Source: Antedon mediterranea (Eukaryota > Animalia > Echinodermata). Taken from it: DNA of 64,000 bases. The notes beneath the pieces were generated by a model. It did not search any database, was not told the DNA's origin, and worked only from the letters and a program-made list of their open reading frames with translations. The position numbers and the translations under genes were made by a program. Shown here in pieces: positions 1 to 13,588 of the stretch; the stretch's first letter is position 1; each line of letters starts with the position of its first letter. The stretch lies in assembly GCF_964355755.1 (NCBI RefSeq), contig NC_092674.1, positions 21,328,001-21,392,000 of the forward strand, written 5' to 3'.

Positions 1-55
1 AAAGAAAGAAACTGAATATGCAATAACTATAGTATTCTAAACAGTTAATTTGTAT

Positions 56-139
56 TGACAAAAAAGTGTGATGTGCCCAAATAAGGTAGTAATAAGATGT
101 CATCATGTCCATATATGGGCACATCACATTTTGTTGTCA
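56..139. repeat. Short hairpin/MITE-like repeat; related copy at ~20367-20437
   Basis: TGACAAAAAAGTGTGATGTGCCCA ... TGGGCACATCACATTTTGTTGTCA inverted ends; a similar sequence in reverse orientation lies in a USP intron. Confidence 0.55.
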
Positions 140-346
140 CATAAAGTTTGATAGAGTAGACAGAGCTTTAATAATAATAATAAGCTTTATTTAATCACGG
201 ATACTTAACTCAACTAAAAGTTGTTTTTCAGTAAGACCGTGCTTTAGAGTATTTATACTTTATTCATAATCCTTAAAAATAACAACCCTTCAATTAACTA
301 CCCAAAACGGTTGCAAATTCTGTACACAAAAGCCATTGTTACCTAC

Positions 347-3300
347 CTTTTCATGGAATTTTCGTTCAAATGTAGGAGCAAAATCTGTAGCCATTTGTCC
401 TAAAGCATTACATGCCGCATACCGAACTCGCGGATGCTGAACAAAAATAAGGAAATTTAAAAAATCAAGGCAGGAAAAATAGACTCTCAAAATATTTATT
501 ATATCTATCAATGTTTCCATTGTATTAATGTAAGAAAAGAACATTATTATTTGGAATACCATTTCTTTGTATTTCTAGGTCATTGAAGTATTGACTTGGA
601 AATTAAAAAAAATGATGGAAGTTTTTTTAATGAAATTTTACATAATTTATTTCAGGGTAAAGAACATTCAAGATTATAAGTGTTAAAGCATGTTGATTTT
701 GTGATAGTGTGTATGGAATGTACTTAATATAGGCTTAATAATTAATTTCAATAAATAATAGAAAACTAAAAATGACCGTACCGGGTCAGCAAGATAGGGC
801 AGAACAGAGTCAACAATATTATTAAGAACAGCCTCCATTTGTGTATGGCATCCTTCCCCAACTGCTGATATTGCCATTAATCCAGCATGACGATATTTCC
901 AATCCTCTGAAAGGTGGAACAGAACAGAATATAATTCAAATTTTATTGAAATGCTTCACAAAAAAGACAGCATAAATAAAAATAATTCTATATTTAATAC
1001 AAAATATTTTTAACAATTATTATCAACACTATACTGTATCTTTATTTAGAAGAAAACCAAGTGAATGTACGAGAATGCACCTTATATATTTCGTTCAGGT
1101 ATTTTAATGTTTTCTTGATTTGTATTGTGTTGTGTACGTAACACTCTCAAAAGAACAACACATTTTCTATGTATATATATGATAAAATAAAATAAGCAAA
1201 ACGCTAAATAAAAAAACTATACAGTAAAACAACTAGAAAAATTAGCAGAGCTTTAGGGCAACACTAGCCGTTCATCAGTGAAAACGATATATATAATGAA
1301 CTCATTTTGAAACCCAATTGATAGCAAGTGGTAATCTATACTAACATCTTACAAGAATGTGGCCAGGACTGGGAAATGTCAAAATGTAATTGTGTGTAAA
1401 AAAAGTGAATATCATCTAACCATTTTGAAGCATTTGTGGCACTGTTGCTATTATGTGTGGTAGAATGAACTTGCCACCAATACCACAAGCAAACCTATCG
1501 AGGGCGCTTTCTCCTGTTACTGCGTTCGTGTCAAAATCGTCATCATCGACCTCATCACTATCTGCCCAATCAGGATCGTCTTCTATGTCAACCATCATTG
1601 CAAGCATTTCAGGAACTAATAACAAACAACATTCAGAAATAAAATATTAGGAGACTTATAAAAGCGTGGCAAAACCATAGAGAGTGCTAGCATTTTTAAA
1701 ATCTAAACATAGAGGGCGCTATATCTAAACCATCAATCATCGCATTGTGGTAAACAATGGATATGCCCGCCACACATAATTGAATATGCATTTTTCTATA
1801 ACTAGCAATTTTTGTTGACAGTTGAAAAATTTCAGAAAACTTTAGAAAAGAAGTTAGTTTGATGAAGTTTGTCAACTCATAGAATCAAATAACAGTCTTT
1901 GGGTGTTTTGCAGTCATCATGTGATGCTTCAGATAGACAAAATGACAAACTTCAGTCTAGACAGGAATCACAAACTTTAAAAGACTCAAAGTTTTGTAAA
2001 ATTTGCTCTATGTAGTCTATCATACAGAGGAAAATCTTTAGACTATTTACCTATTGTTGGTATAAAGTCTTGTTGTTTTCTCATCATAGCTGGAGCAGTC
2101 TCTGATAATGTTACAATAACCTCTAATGCTAGTTGACGCCAACTGTCTGGTAGATTTTTATTAGATGTGATCTATATAACCAAGGAAATAAGAGTTCAAA
2201 TAGATTAAAATAATATTATTTTACTTTGTTTCAACATGTAGTGATAACAGTTTAGGACACATTTCCCTGCAATTTTTGATGTTTGTAAAAACAATGCATT
2301 ACTTCAACGGTAAGGTACCAACATTTACCTAGCTATATTGTCAAGTTGCTGAATTTTTTTTTTTGGCAAAATCCAGTAAAATACAAATTGCTGATTTTCC
2401 AATCGACTCGTGAACCAAAAGTATGAAATAACAATATCAATTCGTGCTGGTATTTATAGCGGGCAGTTTAAGTTATTAGAATCGTTTTCCTAGTTTAAAG
2501 ACAAATACAACAACTTACTACAAGAAACATGGTAAGGACTTGTGGTAGATGTGGTCGGATCATCTTTGGTACAGTTTCCACAAGTTCTATGAAGGCCTTT
2601 AGCAATGCATCGTCATCTTGCTGACCAATACATAACTCAACGGCCTAACAAAAACAAAGTATTTAAAGTCAGACAAAAAGTAAACTACAAAATAAACATC
2701 AGGAGGCTTTGATAGTAACCATGTGCAGGGCATTTTTTATCGCAGCAATGCTTCGTAGCCACGAAGCTGGATCGTGGGAAACGTTGCAGTAATTCTTTGC
2801 TGTACTGTAAAGGTAAAGAATTGTATTATCCTCCTCTACCTTAACTGGAAACTGAGGAAATTTTGATTAGGCCTTCTACAAATATTAGTAAGTCTTCTAT
2901 TCTCTAGTTTTAGAACTAGACATTTTTATACGTTATCAGGTAGAAATTTCAGAGCGGAAGATGACACGAAATATCAGCAGACTCCCACGATTGTTGCGAG
3001 TGTTGGGAGATCTGTGTAAACTTACCTTCAACAGCCCTGGTGTTAGGTATAGAAAATGTTTTTGAGTAGCTACGTCCTTTCCTTGATAGAGAACGAAAGA
3101 AATAGTTGCCCTTGCAGCCATTACTTGTACCTAAAACAATGAGTATATATGCCAAGTTAGCTAGAGTATTGATGAATAAGTGCTCATCTCCAAATTCGCT
3201 ATTACAAATATGAACACTATGTTTGAACACTAATGGTATTTTTGTATGCAAACTAGGCTGCTGACTATCATATAGATAGCTCAAAAGATGGAAAGCCTGT

Positions 3301-6300
3301 TTTTCACTAAATTAATTTGTTTTTGCAAATCAAAAGCATCAGCATATTCATATTACCATCTCTTCTTTCTGTGACAAATTCTAGTTCCTAAAAACACAAA
3401 TAAGGGCTCTTTCATGAGCACTCATGCGAATCGAAAAGCTCAGTAGATATGCGCAGATCACAGATATTTGCTCTTGTACATTTACTTAGTTGAAAACAGG
3501 CCTATTCTACGAGGAAACGCTGCATTGTTTTACAGTGGCCAAATCAACCTCACCATAAATTTGTTACAGGTAATTTTAAGCGTCACAGTTAAACTCTAGC
3601 TGTATGAAAATTGCTATCAATGGATAGTTAACCTGCAGCATCCTAGTAGTATAGACATGGAAATTGATAAAGATGAATACAAGTTACTTACTTCTAAAGA
3701 ACCAGTATCCTTAAATACAAGTTACTTACTTCTAAAGAACCAGTATCCTTAAATACAAGTAACTTACTTCTAAAGAACCAGTATCCTTAAATACAAGTAA
3801 CTTACTTCTAAAGAACCAGTATCCTTAAATACAAGTTACTTACTTCTAAAGAACCAGTATCCTTAAATACAAGTTACTTACGTCTAAAGAACCAGTATCC
3901 TTAAATACAAGTTACTTACTTCTAAAGAACCAGTATCCTTAAATACAAGTTACTTACTTCTAAAGAACCAGTATCCTTAAATACAAGTTACTTACTTCTA
4001 AAGAACCAGTATCCTTAAATACAAGTTACTTACTTCTAAAGAACCAGTATCCTTAAATACAAGTTACTTACTTCTAAAGAACCAGTATCCTTAAATACAA
4101 GTTACTTACTTCTAAAGAACCAGTATCCTTAAGACTCTGTTCCAACATCTGTTTAATCACTTCGATGTAATGACTTTGCTTATTGCCAAATATTCCAGGG
4201 AAATTACTAAATTCAAAATAAATAAACGTTCTTAAAATTGTATTTAAAACTGTAGAAAAATGTGAATAACCTTGGAACTTGTAATTTGAGGGTGTACTAT
4301 AAACAGTAATTGGGTCATCCTGTTTTTTTGTGTCCACAAAATAGAACATTGTTTTTGTCCCTCCAAAATGACCGACATTCCTCTCATCCCCAATTCCATG
4401 CTAAGACCTCCCTCTTAAGCCCCTTCCTACCCGTCCCCATTCACTCTCTCTCTCACTAATACCCCTTTCACACCAAAATTCTGGAGACACCAGAGGGTTT
4501 ATGAGCATTCAAAACCTAGCAACTCGTGGGTTTATAAAATAAAAGTGTAAATACCACCCTCTATTTTCTTTGTTTACTTAGTGACGATAACATTTTTTTT
4601 TTTTTTTTTATTAATTTTAAAAGTCATATGTTTTATTTATTATTTTTCAGACCCACTATATGTTTTGTAGAAATATTTAAAGTATTTTGAAATAAAACTA
4701 AAGCAATGATTGGTCGTGTGAGGACGACCTTTTGACCTAAAAACTCAAACTGGAGTTTGATGTTAGTACCTTTTTTGCTTTTGGTGTGAAATATGTAAAG
4801 GTAAATATGTATGCCCTCCCGAATGAATTTAAATAAATGTATAATCTAATGTATTGTCTGTTTATGCAGAATTTACTTATTTTATGCAAAATTGAATTGA
4901 ATAAACTCAATAAATGCAAAACAAAAGAAATCTATAATAAAAAGTTGTTTTTTTTAAAACTTGTTCAATGGAACGGTATACACTACTACAACAATTAGTA
5001 AGTATGACCTAGGACAATTCTTAAAAATAAGTAGTTTGGTGGTAGGAACTGCCCTTCCTCATCAATGAGCCTGTCAAAGGAAAGTGGTTGAAAATAGCCT
5101 AAAAACAATATTGCTTACTTAAACACATTCAGGGCACACTCTCTGTTGACAGGATTACTTGATGATGCATTTTCGAAGAGAAACTGAAGAACTTCCGGCC
5201 AAGTATTATTTCCATCATCATCTAAATAAAAAACAAAAAAAACTATAGTCCCTTGATTGAACTTTCATACAGTGCAGAAAGAAAAAAAAACCTGAAACTT
5301 TTCTTATGAGTTGGCTTTGTAGGTAGAATATAAACCGTGTTATTAATATTTAAAAGCTACATTTTGCTTTAGCTTCATAAAATCTTTCATTGGACTTGGT
5401 TCTATAAATTTTAACCTCTATAAACAAACATTTCAAAAGAGTTTTCTGTAAATTACTCAAAAAACATCATAACAATAGTTTTTATCTTCTTAAAATGTTT
5501 ACAGTATGTAATTGTTAAATAAAGTAAACATTTATTAGGCAGGTTTGTTTCTAAAAGGAAATAAAGTATGATTTTTTGTACTTATTTTATTGTTTATTGT
5601 TTTATACAGTATTTCTTTTTATGTATTTTGCTTAAATATTATAGGCGCCCTCATGAGACAAGCTAATTGATTCTAGTGTGGGCCCCAGTTATTGTCAAAT
5701 AACTGAATAAATGTGTATGAATGAGAATGTCTAAGCCTTATGCTATTGTACAATCCTCCTCTAGAGAAAAGTTTGTTTTGGATAATTCAATGAGAATGTT
5801 TGTAATTGTTTTTTTGTAATTTTTTTTGTGATGTAATATTAACAATAAAATCATAATGTGTCATCTGTGGATGGATGGAGTTAATCACAGAAAGGTGATC
5901 ACATGAAACTGGACACACTCTGCCACCTTCTGGTCAACTACATACAATTTGAACATTGTCTTCTCACCTATTAGACTTCTTGACAATTCTGCAATCGTGT
6001 CACAGATTCTTCGTCTCACAAGCGGCTGAGTTTCGCGCTGTAAAGCAGCCAGCAACTGAACTTTGGTTGCGTTTTGTGTTTCAGGCGGCAAGGTTGGCCA
6101 GTCACTTTCAAAACTTGTGCTAAGAAATCGGCGCAAGAGAACGGCAGCAAATTGCTGAAGCTAATATAGAATAAAAGTTTAAAAATACGATTGATAATCA
6201 AATAATAATGTATATATCATTCACCAACTTTAAAAAAAATGATCCAGTTGGAAAATAAAAAAGTTTTTAAATTAATTTTTATGAATCAAAAGTGGGTGAA

Positions 6301-9300
6301 GTTTGAAAAAGTTCGGAGTTCGTTCCAAAAAGAGGATGCAACAACGGAAGCAAGCATGCCACCGTAAGTCTTAGTCCCGAAACAAGAAAACAGATAGCAA
6401 TGATTTGTCAGAGGAGCAGATGCGATAAGACTGGAGTTACATAATAAGGAACAAGTTAAATAAACATATCAAGCATTTATAGGTTATATTAATAGGTTAT
6501 AGTAATAATTATTATTGAATTGTAGTTAGCATACATTACCTCTGGTGCCAATGAGTCTGTCTGAAGTGCAGTGACAAGGTATGGGATTTTCTTGTTTGCT
6601 GGTATTGTTTCATAGGTTTTCTAAGAAAAATTATAAAATATTAAAATAATATTGTATTTTTTCCACCATGCTACATTAAGCTACTTATTATCTAAATTTT
6701 TAACCTAGAGAACAAGGCCTAATAGATTAGGCTATGAATGAGGTAGGTGCCACCCGGAGAGGTAGAAATTCTCATATAACTTTTCTAGACCAGTTTTTTC
6801 TGGGGAATCCAAATATATTGGGTAAACGGGCTGTAACCTGAGAACTTTCGCGTGAGGGCGCTTTTTTCAAAATGGCTGCCAGTTACAGTAGACTATGATA
6901 TCTTGGCAACCACTGGTCATAGAGAGTTGATTTTGGTGTCAAATTATTCGGAATGTACATGTTCCTATTTGATGTAATAGAACATTTTGTCAGAAAATGG
7001 CCGGAAATACCTCTATTGACCTTTGACCCAATATCTAACAGATATCATATCTCCGTAACTACTGGACACAGAAAGTTGTAATTGGTGTCAAACTCTCCAG
7101 AATATAGATGTTTATATTCAGACTAATAGAACATTATCTGTAAAAATGACCGGAAATAACGTTACTGACCTTTGACCCAAAATGCAAGACATTTCTCCTA
7201 TCTGATCACGTTAATCCTGTCAATTAATTCATTTTGTGCCAATTGGACGTTGACATTCTCATATTATTTTCTTGACCAGTTTTTCATGTGCAATCCGAGT
7301 AATATGAGATAAATAAGCCATAACAAGGCCAAGAATTTAATTCTTTTACTACATACATGCTTCCCTTTAGTGTTTCAGTCTGTATGTCGTGTATTAATCT
7401 TCAAGATCGCTCACATCACTGCAATCTGAAAAGTCTTCATATTCATTATGTGTAAACAGTTCCTGGACATCAGTGGGAATCACTGTCTCAATCCATTTAG
7501 GCTCCATTTGTTCGTTCCATCCATTGTGTGTACTGTTGTTGACAAAATCATTGACGTCTGCTGATTGCCATTCTTTAGTAATGAAGTTTGCTCTAAGTAT
7601 ATGAAACTCAAGGGTCTGCTGACATAGTGGCAGTAATGATATATCTGTAATCTTGTTGTGTCTGGAAAACTTTCTGTTGAAGATATCATATCTTGCTTGA
7701 TTTACACTTTTCCCCTTCACTCCATACAATGGTGAAACATACTCTTCAAGTTCCTCATACAACTCTTTTGATGGAACATCTGACACTCCAAGGTTGCAGA
7801 ATGTGTCAACACATTTTGCTTTTGATTCCAGAAGCTTCCAGCAGGTACGTTTTCCTTTCCGAACGAAAGCGGAGTTATACTTGTTACCTGTGAAAGCATG
7901 GAATCCAATAAGGGATGATTTCTGCGCTTTTGTTAAATCAATGTCACTCAATTTCAGTACATTTCGGTATTTTCCAGTGTTTGTATCAATAATTACCCTC
8001 TGCCCATCATCTATGAAATGAGATAGTGAAATGACTGGAATGTCAAAGTCTCCAGAATGGGAACGAATTATTGCTACGCCTTGATTGTTATTTGTTAAAG
8101 CATGCTTTGCATGCAGGATGACTTTCGTGTCGGCTTCTTCTTGGCTACTATTAAGCTCCGGAACCAATACAACATCTCAGTTAGTAACGTAGATGCATTC
8201 TTTGTACGATGAAAAGTAGATAACATCACTCCTCATATCTGTTAGAATGCTTTCTTTCTTTGACACTAGTACACAGCGAATAAGCTCAATCAATCTGGTC
8301 TTGTTTTTGCCGTTGGCAAGGAAATTGTTAAAATCACGGGGCAACTTTGATATTTTTGAGCTTACAATTACTTTTGGTGCAACACCGCGTCTGTTTCTCG
8401 CAGTGCTCGACCAGGATCCATAACATCATCTCACTTTATTTTCGAATAGTGGGAAGAAACTCGAAATCAAGGCAAATGGGAAAGTAAGAGTAATATAAGC
8501 TAATCGGGATGTTTTAGGAAAGCTTCTGGCCACCTCAACAAAGCATGGTAGAATAATTGACTTTAAGAAAGCCTTTGAGTATCCACTTACCCCTGTCTCG
8601 CTAAGCCTTGCTAATGCAGATGGGACAAGACGAACAACTCAGAAAAGTGTCCTAATGGAAATTCTCATCGAAAGTTCAACAGATGTTATAGATCCTGGTC
8701 GGGCACTGCCAGCAAAGGCTACTGTCATTGCCTATGTTGTTGACTTGATGGCATTAATCAGAACATTTCAATCTTACCCTGATACGTACGAGGATCTTGT
8801 AGCAAAGGTTTTCAACAGCATCCCTAAAGGATACAAGCGTGTTGATATTGTTACCGATGCATACCTGCCAAAAAGCATTAAGTCTGTTGAGAGAAACATA
8901 CGCGGTATTGCACCAAAAGTAATTGTAAGCTCAACAATATCAAAGTTGGCCCGTGATTTCAACAATTTCCTTGCCAACGGCGAGAACAAGACCAGATTGA
9001 TTGAGCTTATTCGCTGTGTACTAGTGTCAAAGAAAGAAAGCATTCTAACAGATATGAGGAGTGATGTTATCTACTTTTCATCGTACAAAGAATACATCTA
9101 CGTTACTAACTGAGATGTTGTATTGGTTCCGGAGCTTAATAGTAGCCGGAAGAAGAAGCCTACACGAAAGTCATCCTGCATGCAAAGCATGCTTTAACAA
9201 ATAACAATCAAGGCATAGCAATAATTCGTTCCCATTCTGGAGACATTGATATTCCAGTCATTGCACTATCTAGTTTCATAGATGATGGGCAGAGGGAATT

Positions 9301-11716
9301 ATTGATACAAACACTGAGAAATACCGAAAGGTACTGAAATTGAGTGACATTGATTTAACAAAAGCGCAGAAATCATCCCTTATTGGATTCCATGCTTTCA
9401 CAGGTAACGATTATAACTCCGCTTTCTTTCGGAAAGGAAAACGTACCTGCTGGAAGCTTCTGGAATCAAAAGCAAAATTTGTTGACACATTCTGCAACCT
9501 TGGAGTATTAGATGTTCCATCAAAAGAGTTGTATGAGGAATTTGAAGAGTATGTTTCACTATTGTATGGAGTGAAGGGGAAAAGTGTAAATCAAGCAAGA
9601 TATGATATCTTCAACAGAAAGTTTTCCAGACACAACAAGATTACAGATATATAATTACTGCCACTATGTCAGCAGACCCTTGAGTTTCATATACTTAGAG
9701 CACACTTCATTACTAAAGAATGGCAATCAGCAGACGTCAATGATTTTGTCAACAACAGTACACACAATGGATGGAACGAACAAATGGAGCCTAAATGGAT
9801 TGAGACAGTGATTCCCACTGATGTCCAGGAACTGTTTACACATAATGAATATGAAGACTTTTCAGATTGCAGTGATGTGAGCGATCTTGAAGATTAATAC
9901 ACGACATACAGTCTGAAACACTAAAGGGAAGCATGTATGTAGTAAAAGAATTAAATTCTTGGCCTTGTTATGGCTTATTTATCTCATATATTCGGATTGC
10001 ACATGAAAAACTGGTCCAGAAAATAATATGAGAATGTCAACCTCCAATTGGCACAAAATGAATTAATTGACAAGATTAACGTGATCAGATGGGAGAAATG
10101 TCATGCATTTTGGGTCAAAGGTCAGTAACGTTATTTCCGGTCATTTTTACAGATAATGTTCTATTAGTCTGAATATAAACATCTATATTCTGGAGAGTTT
10201 GACACCAATTACAACTTTCTGTGTCGAGTAGTTACGGAGATATGATATCTGTTAGATATTGGGTCAAAGGTCAATAGAGGTATTTCCGGCCATTTTCTGA
10301 AAAAATGTTCTATTACATCAAATAGGAACATGTACATTCCGAATAATTTGACACCAAAATCATCTCTCTATGACCAGTGGTTGCCAAGATATCATAGTCT
10401 ACTGTAACTGGCAGCCATTTTTAAAAAAGCGCCCTCACGCGAAAGTTCTCAGGTTACAGCCCGTTTACCCAATATATTTGGATTCCCCAGAAAAAACTGG
10501 TCTAGAAAAGTCATATGAGAATTTCTACCTCTCCGGGTGGCACCTACCTCATTCATAGCCTAGTCTATAATTGATTATAAATAAGTTTATTTTAACCGAC
10601 ATTTATGGTAATGTACTGTCTCTATAAATTAATAATAATATGGCCTACTACTAGGCTTAGGCCGCCTATCTTAAATAAAACTTTATTATTAATTATTATA
10701 AATTCTAATAAAAAGAAAAATGCTGTTTGTAATTATATACTGTAAACTGTGCAAGTGTTCTTTGATTTTCCATATTTGTATTTATGAATATGCAGCCGAT
10801 TATTATGAAACGCCATCGCTGCCTCCGGCAGCAAACTTTAATTATATTCGGCTCTTTTACCATTACGTTCGGCTCTTTTAGCATTCGGCGCATTTCTATT
10901 TGGCCCATTTACCGTTACAGTGTACGTTCGGCTCTTTCAGCATTCGGCGCATTTCTATTTGCCCCATTTACCATTACGTTTGGCTCTTTCAGCATAAAAA
11001 AATGCCGATTTAAAAAGAGCCCAACGAAATGCAGAAAGAGCTGAATAAAAAAGGGCCGAATCAAAAAGAGTCGAACGTAATGGTAAACTATGGGCCGAAT
11101 AAAAAAGAGCCGAATGCTGAAAGAGCCGAACGTAATGGTAAAAAATGGGCCGAATAAAAAAGAGCCGAATGCTAAAAGAGCCGAATCGAACGTAATGGTA
11201 AATGGGCCAAATAGAAATGCGCCGAATGCTGAAAGAGCCGAATGTAAATGGTAAATGGGCCGAATAGAAATGCACCGAATGCTAAAAGAGCCGAACGTAA
11301 TGAATGGTAAAACTAAAGAGCCGAATAGAATTAAAGTTTGTTTATGCGATGGCGTTCCATAGATTATTGTTAGAGACATCCATGCATGCTGTAAGTAATA
11401 CAATCGCTCTTCAAGCACACCAGTCAGGCCATGCCTTGATTTAGGCCTAATGTCTGTCGCATGGCATGTGTCATCTTTCGTCAGAGAACACCCCCACATT
11501 CGCTATCATATCAAGAAACGCGCATGGGCACCAAAATATTACCACATGATGCCAGAGAAAACCAACTTTAACAAAGTTTCCATGATTTTTTTTATTATAA
11601 AATTTAAACAGTCAATAGAATTAAGATAATATTACCTCTGAGTTTGATCTGATATCATTGTCTGGGGACATAAGTGTCCCCAAAAGTTGATTAAATTGAG
11701 GCTGTTGGTCTGCCAT
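347..11716 (-). CDS. IPO5: Importin-5 (karyopherin beta-3/RanBP5), first 11 coding exons; gene continues beyond left edge
   Basis: GT-AG exons with consistent phases: 11636-11716, 6540-6620, 5968-6160, 5119-5221, 4110-4206, 3026-3130, 2519-2644, 2051-2171, 1421-1615, 782-906, 347-436 (439 codons). Spliced product [34 protein letters not shown]...QFAAVLLRR...[15 protein letters not shown]...NFPGIFGN...[20 protein letters not shown]...[14 protein letters not shown]...[18 protein letters not shown]...[21 protein letters not shown] matches the importin-5 HEAT-repeat N-terminal half. Confidence 0.95.
3676..4132. repeat. 38-bp tandem minisatellite, 12 copies, spanning an IPO5 exon 3' end and its splice donor
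   Basis: Unit AAATACAAGTTACTTACTTCTAAAGAACCAGTATCCTT with period 38 (TACAAG at 3678, 3716 ... 4096); only isolated substitutions. Confidence 0.97.
6723..10567. mobile_element. Academ-type (XPG-domain) DNA transposon derivative folded into a giant inverted repeat, in IPO5 intron 1
   Basis: Termini TAG...CTA with 3-bp TSD TAA (6720-6722 and 10568-10570). Arm 6723-~8400 is the reverse complement of ~8890-10567. Both arms encode decayed XPG/FEN1-like motifs ([26 protein letters not shown], SGDx[13 protein letters not shown]). Confidence 0.8.
8430..9897 (+). pseudogene. C-terminal XPG-like nuclease region of an Academ-type transposase (stops and frameshifts); mirror copy at 7394-8400 on minus strand
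   Basis: ORF fragments 8655-9113 and 9340-9654 (+) and 7394-8167 (-) share near-identical sequence, including EEADT, D-x-D and H-x2-TG-x-D motifs. Confidence 0.75.
10806..11359. mobile_element. Foldback MITE with internal short tandem repeats
   Basis: TIRs TGAAACGCCATCGC / GCGATGGCGTTCCA, flanked by TA on both sides. The left half has TTCGGCTCTTTT/CAGCATTCGG repeats and the right half has their reverse complement (AAAAGAGCCGAA). Confidence 0.75.
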
Positions 11717-12213
11717 ACTTTCGCGGTTTTACCTTTGACCACCAAAAAGGAGACTGCTGCGCAATTGAGATCACCACTAAGTTTATTTATGACATACGCA
11801 TATTGAGATAAAACAAGCTGAAATTTAATCAAACCTATACCATAATTACTTTTATGAGTTATATTTATAATATAAATGACAAATATTGTTTCAATAACAC
11901 GGTTTACTAATAAAGTTAACAGCAGTGTAAACTATTACTGAACGAGGTAAATTTCCAGGAAAATAATACTGATTGTAAAATGCGGAACAAAGAGTGGCAC
12001 TGCATATATACCTAGAGCAGTGTTCACGGTTTAAAGGTTATGGTTCCATGTTTTACATTATTTCTATGAACCGCGAATTTGAGGAAAAAAGGAGTGAAGG
12101 CATCGAAAACAGAGAATGTGTACAAAAACAATTTGAATAATCATTGTTTTATGGATCGTTACTAATATTGACAGTTTTAGAACATTTGCCGAATTCATCA
12201 ATTATATACCAAG
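11717..12213. promoter_or_regulatory. Probable bidirectional promoter region between IPO5 and the USP gene
   Basis: Head-to-head arrangement: IPO5 ATG at 11716 (-). The USP ATG exon begins with a splice acceptor at 13581, so a non-coding exon lies upstream; candidate donor CCAAG|gtattt near 12213. Confidence 0.4.
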
Positions 12214-13588
12214 GTATTTATTGAGTAAACAAATTGTATTTTTTTATACAATTATCATTATGGGTTTCCAAAAATCACAAACAAAAGTAAACTAAACAGA
12301 ACGACGTGCGCGGTGTGTGGTGTGCGAGAGAGCTGAGAGAGAGAGAAGTGTTCGATCAATGGCATTGGAACCCCGGTGTTTGGATCAGAGTGTGAAAACC
12401 AACTGAGAAAGCCTAGGCATAGCCTAGGCTAGTAGGCATCCCCCATCCCAAAAAATCAAAACTTAAAAGTACAAACTTCTTTGTTTTTTTAATGTACTCT
12501 AGCTAGGCCTAGGCTAGCCTAGTAACTAAGCCTGTGTGCCACAAGTGCTGTAGTACAGTCAGTGTAGAGGCTAGGCTAGTACTAGCTAGGGCCACGCCAG
12601 GCCTATATATAGCCTAGGCCTACTACTAGTCTAGTAGTAGGCCCAGTATTAGGCAGCCTACAGTACAGTAAGCCTGTCGTGTAGAGCCTTTGCAGTAGTG
12701 GGATGATCCGAACAGGAACGATGCGGCCCATTTAATAATAATATTTTCTTTGCAGTGATTCATTTTATAAACATGATAATAAATTATTTGATGACGTTTT
12801 GTTTAATTTTCAGAAAGACTGCGGGTAATACTAAATAATGGTCATAAACGATGCAATAACGCTTAAAGCAAAAACTATAAATTAAAAGTTTTTAAAATAT
12901 ACTGTATGACCTAACGGTAAAACATTGTTTTTGTTCCAACATTGTTACGGTTGTTAGGATCAATCACAATGCACGCGGTTGACTCTAAATGCAAGTTTAA
13001 AAACCCCTCCACTGATTAGTATCTATTAGTAATCCTGACGTGAATTGACTGAATTCCCCCCCTACTGTACAAAGAAATTCTTAAGTATACTAAATACAGC
13101 ATTGAAATAGTCCTAATTCTAAAATTTGATGCACATTCCCTAAAATAAAGGAATTTCAGAATATTGAGAGAGTCTCTCAATTTTCTGAAATTCCTTACCT
13201 GTGTGATCATGACTGGAAATATGGTAATTTTTCAAGTAAAAACAGTTTATTGTAAGGAACTACTAAATACAGCGTTACAATAAAATGAAACGATCCTAAT
13301 TCAAAATTAATAATAATATACCACGTTTATATAGCGCCCTTTTCACTCAAAGGGCAAATTGTTGCAGAGGGTTGGCGCATCCTTTAAAAAATATATATCT
13401 CTGTAGGATCTCGTTTTGAACCTAGGAACGCATAAAGTGTTCATGAAAAAAAAAAAATTGACCACCCTCAACTAAACACCCACTTAAATCCTCTTAATTT
13501 TCTGCTATTGACATGTGTATTATTATGCCTTTCATGGGGAAATGCTTCAATTTTGCTAACAATTTTTTCAATGTTTTCAGGTTTAACC

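Noticed and set aside
3676-4132. 38-bp repeats as a CRISPR array
   Set aside because: Units are contiguous with no unique spacers, the context is eukaryotic, and the unit is an exon/intron boundary.
2645-5118. Intronic snoRNAs in IPO5
   Set aside because: No convincing C/D or H/ACA box pairs with terminal stems identified by eye; needs an Infernal/Rfam scan.
10784-11499. ORFs 10784-11044, 10915-11499 and 10955-11275 as genes
   Set aside because: Repetitive translations (FGSFSIR) arise from the MITE's internal repeats.
13148-13197. 23-bp-arm hairpin as an RNA gene or terminator
   Set aside because: No supporting motifs; most likely the centre of a decayed MITE.
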